Positions 30,174 to 32,000 of a stretch of DNA of 32,000 nt are shown here, piece after piece. This DNA comes from Xylella taiwanensis (GTDB taxonomy: Bacteria; Pseudomonadota; Gammaproteobacteria; Xanthomonadales; Xanthomonadaceae): the NCBI RefSeq assembly GCF_013177435.1, contig NZ_CP053627.1:2310001-2342000 (forward strand), read 5' to 3'. The position numbers and the translations under genes were made by a program. Numbering within the stretch: position 1 is the first letter of the stretch; the number at the start of each line of letters is the position of its first letter. The notes beneath the pieces were generated by a model, which was not told where the DNA came from, made no database searches, and was given only the letters and a program-made list of their open reading frames with translations.

Positions 30174-31667
30174 ATGACCGGGACATCAGACATGGCCACA
30201 CCCAGCAAAGACGCCGCCGCCGCCCTGCTGCCATTGCCCAACCCAAACCAACACCATGCCCTCACCGAACCCACGGGCGACCATGCGCACCACCATCCAC
30301 CGGCGCGCGGCAAACTATTTATCAAGACCCACGGTTGCCAAATGAACGAATACGACTCGGCCAAGATGGCCGACGTACTCATCGCCACCGAAGCACTGGA
30401 ACTGACAGACAATCCCGAGGAAGCCGACATTATCCTGGTCAACACCTGCTCGATCCGCGAGAAGGCCCAGGAGAAAGTATTCAGCCAACTCGGACGCTGG
30501 AGAGCCCTGAAAACCAGTGGCCGTGACGTGATCATCGGCGTCGGCGGTTGCGTCGCCTCACAAGAAGGCGAAGCGATCATCAAACGCGCCCCTTACGTCG
30601 ACTTGGTCTTTGGCCCGCAAACGTTGCATCGCCTGCCAGACATGATCCGCGCCCGACGCGAACAGAACCGACCGCAGGTAGACATCAGCTTCCCAGAAAT
30701 CGAAAAATTCGACCGCTTGCCCACACCGCGCGCCGAAGGTCCGAGCGCATTCGTCTCAATTATGGAAGGGTGCTCGAAGTACTGCTCATTCTGTGTGGTG
30801 CCTTACACCCGCGGCGAGGAAGTCAGCCGCCCGTTCGAAGACGTGCTGATCGAAATAGCACACTTAGCTGCACAAGGCGTGCGCGAAATCAACCTGCTCG
30901 GTCAGAACGTCAACGCCTATCGCGGACCGATGGATCGTGCCCCCCATGGGAACGATCGTCCGGGTGAGCCCCCCTATGCCGACCTCGGTCTCCTCATCCG
31001 TGCCATCGCACAGTTCGAAGGCATCGGACGTATCCGCTTCACCACCTCGCACCCCCTGGAATTCTCGGACTCGCTCGTGGAGGCCTACCGCGACGTGCCA
31101 CAACTCGCCAACCACCTGCATCTGCCGGTTCAATCCGGCAGCGACCGTATTCTCTCAGCCATGAAACGGGGCTACACCGCCCTGGAATTCAAATCCAAAA
31201 TCCGCAAACTGCGCGCCGTCCGCCCGGACATTTCGATCAGCTCGGATTTCATCGTAGGCTTCCCCGGAGAAAGTGACGCCGACTTCGAGAAAACTATGAA
31301 ACTCATTGAGGACATCGGTTTCGACCAGAGCTTCTCTTTTATCTACTCGCGCCGCCCCGGTACACCCGCCTCCACCCTTGAGGACAGCACCCCCGATGAA
31401 ATCAAACGCTCACGTCTGGAACACCTCCAAAAACACATCAATGCCTATGCCGCCAACATTTCAAAGCACATGGTGGGCACTGTGCAATCCGTGCTAGTGG
31501 AGGGCCCGTCAAAAAAGAATCCGAACGAACTGACTGGGAAAACCGAAAATATGCGTTCCGTCAATTTCCCTGGCCACCCACGCCTCATCGGACAATTTAT
31601 CGACGTACTGATCACCGAAGCACTGACCAACTCATTGCGCGGACGCGTGTATACCAGCGACAACTAA
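30174..31667 (+). CDS. miaB: tRNA-2-methylthio-N6-dimethylallyladenosine synthase
   Basis: UPF0004 domain ([13 protein letters not shown]), radical-SAM motif [15 protein letters not shown] and a TRAM domain at the C-terminus. The exact start (30174 or 30192) is uncertain. Confidence 0.95.
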   Translation: MTGTSDMATPSKDAAAALLPLPNPNQHHALTEPTGDHAHHHPPARGKLFIKTHGCQMNEYDSAKMADVLIATEALELTDNPEEADIILVNTCSIREKAQEKVFSQLGRWRALKTSGRDVIIGVGGCVASQEGEAIIKRAPYVDLVFGPQTLHRLPDMIRARREQNRPQVDISFPEIEKFDRLPTPRAEGPSAFVSIMEGCSKYCSFCVVPYTRGEEVSRPFEDVLIEIAHLAAQGVREINLLGQNVNAYRGPMDRAPHGNDRPGEPPYADLGLLIRAIAQFEGIGRIRFTTSHPLEFSDSLVEAYRDVPQLANHLHLPVQSGSDRILSAMKRGYTALEFKSKIRKLRAVRPDISISSDFIVGFPGESDADFEKTMKLIEDIGFDQSFSFIYSRRPGTPASTLEDSTPDEIKRSRLEHLQKHINAYAANISKHMVGTVQSVLVEGPSKKNPNELTGKTENMRSVNFPGHPRLIGQFIDVLITEALTNSLRGRVYTSDN

Positions 31668-32000
31668 AACATCACCACCCACCTACGTTCTGGCGATTTT
31701 TTCATCAATGTGTAAAAGATCCTTACACAGCAACACATCGCAGTGGTTACTCACAGCTTTTTCAAAAAGCAATCCACATCATCTGTGGAGAAAAAACGGT
31801 CATGGCGAAACTTCACCAACACACCCTCACCCCAAGTGAAGAAAATCTCACACAACATCATCCATCAGCGACTCCATGCATCAAGCGGGAAACATGCTCA
31901 ACGGAGCTACCCCTTGAATACGCAATCAACCTTAATCCTAGCCCTGGGTACGCCCACACAGGCCCCTTCATCTTCGCCTGCCGACACCACAATCGTCTCG

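Noticed and set aside
31802-32000. Open plus-strand frame running off the right edge, where phoH/ybeZ is expected after miaB
   Set aside because: The translation (MAKLHQHTLTPSEENLTQHHPSATPC...) is H/P/T-rich and only faintly recalls a PhoH N-terminus. It is too short and too ambiguous to call.
1-32000. Search for CRISPR arrays, IS/transposase, integrase, prophage or toxin-antitoxin modules and defence systems
   Set aside because: I found no regularly spaced direct repeats, no terminal inverted repeats flanking an ORF, and no ORF with transposase, integrase, nuclease or ATPase signatures outside the housekeeping genes listed. The ORF-poor tracts look decayed rather than mobile.

Overview
This is a chromosomal, mostly housekeeping segment with the gene order typical of Xanthomonadaceae. 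On the minus strand it carries thiL-nusB-ribH-ribBA-ribE-[FMN riboswitch]-ribD-nrdR-glyA. These are followed by ettA, mqo, a DCC-family oxidoreductase, pgeF-rluD divergent from bamD, feoA-feoB plus a small Cys-rich membrane protein, an SDR, sspA-sspB, an SLT-domain transglycosylase and miaB. The moderate GC content and the amount of gene decay suggest a Xylella-like, host-restricted lineage, but this is inference only because no search was possible. I count 23 apparently intact CDSs covering about 20.1 kb, roughly 63% of the window by my own tally. The remaining third is ORF-poor. The clearest non-routine feature is a completely eroded cytochrome bc1 operon (petA-petB-petC, about 26.3-28.9 kb). 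It sits in its conserved position upstream of intact sspA-sspB and carries in-frame stops, several frameshifts and destroyed cofactor-binding motifs. Weaker relics are a SAM-methyltransferase-like pseudogene (17.6-18.3 kb), a 4Fe-4S-ferredoxin-like fragment (22.3-22.6 kb) and two long ORF-free tracts flanking the SDR gene. An FMN riboswitch-like element sits inside the rib cluster, and the RibBA C-terminal domain has lost its zinc ligands. I recognised no rRNA, tRNA, CRISPR array, transposase, integrase or phage genes. I did not find a convincing novel multi-gene system; the supportable headline is respiratory-chain gene loss and local genome decay.
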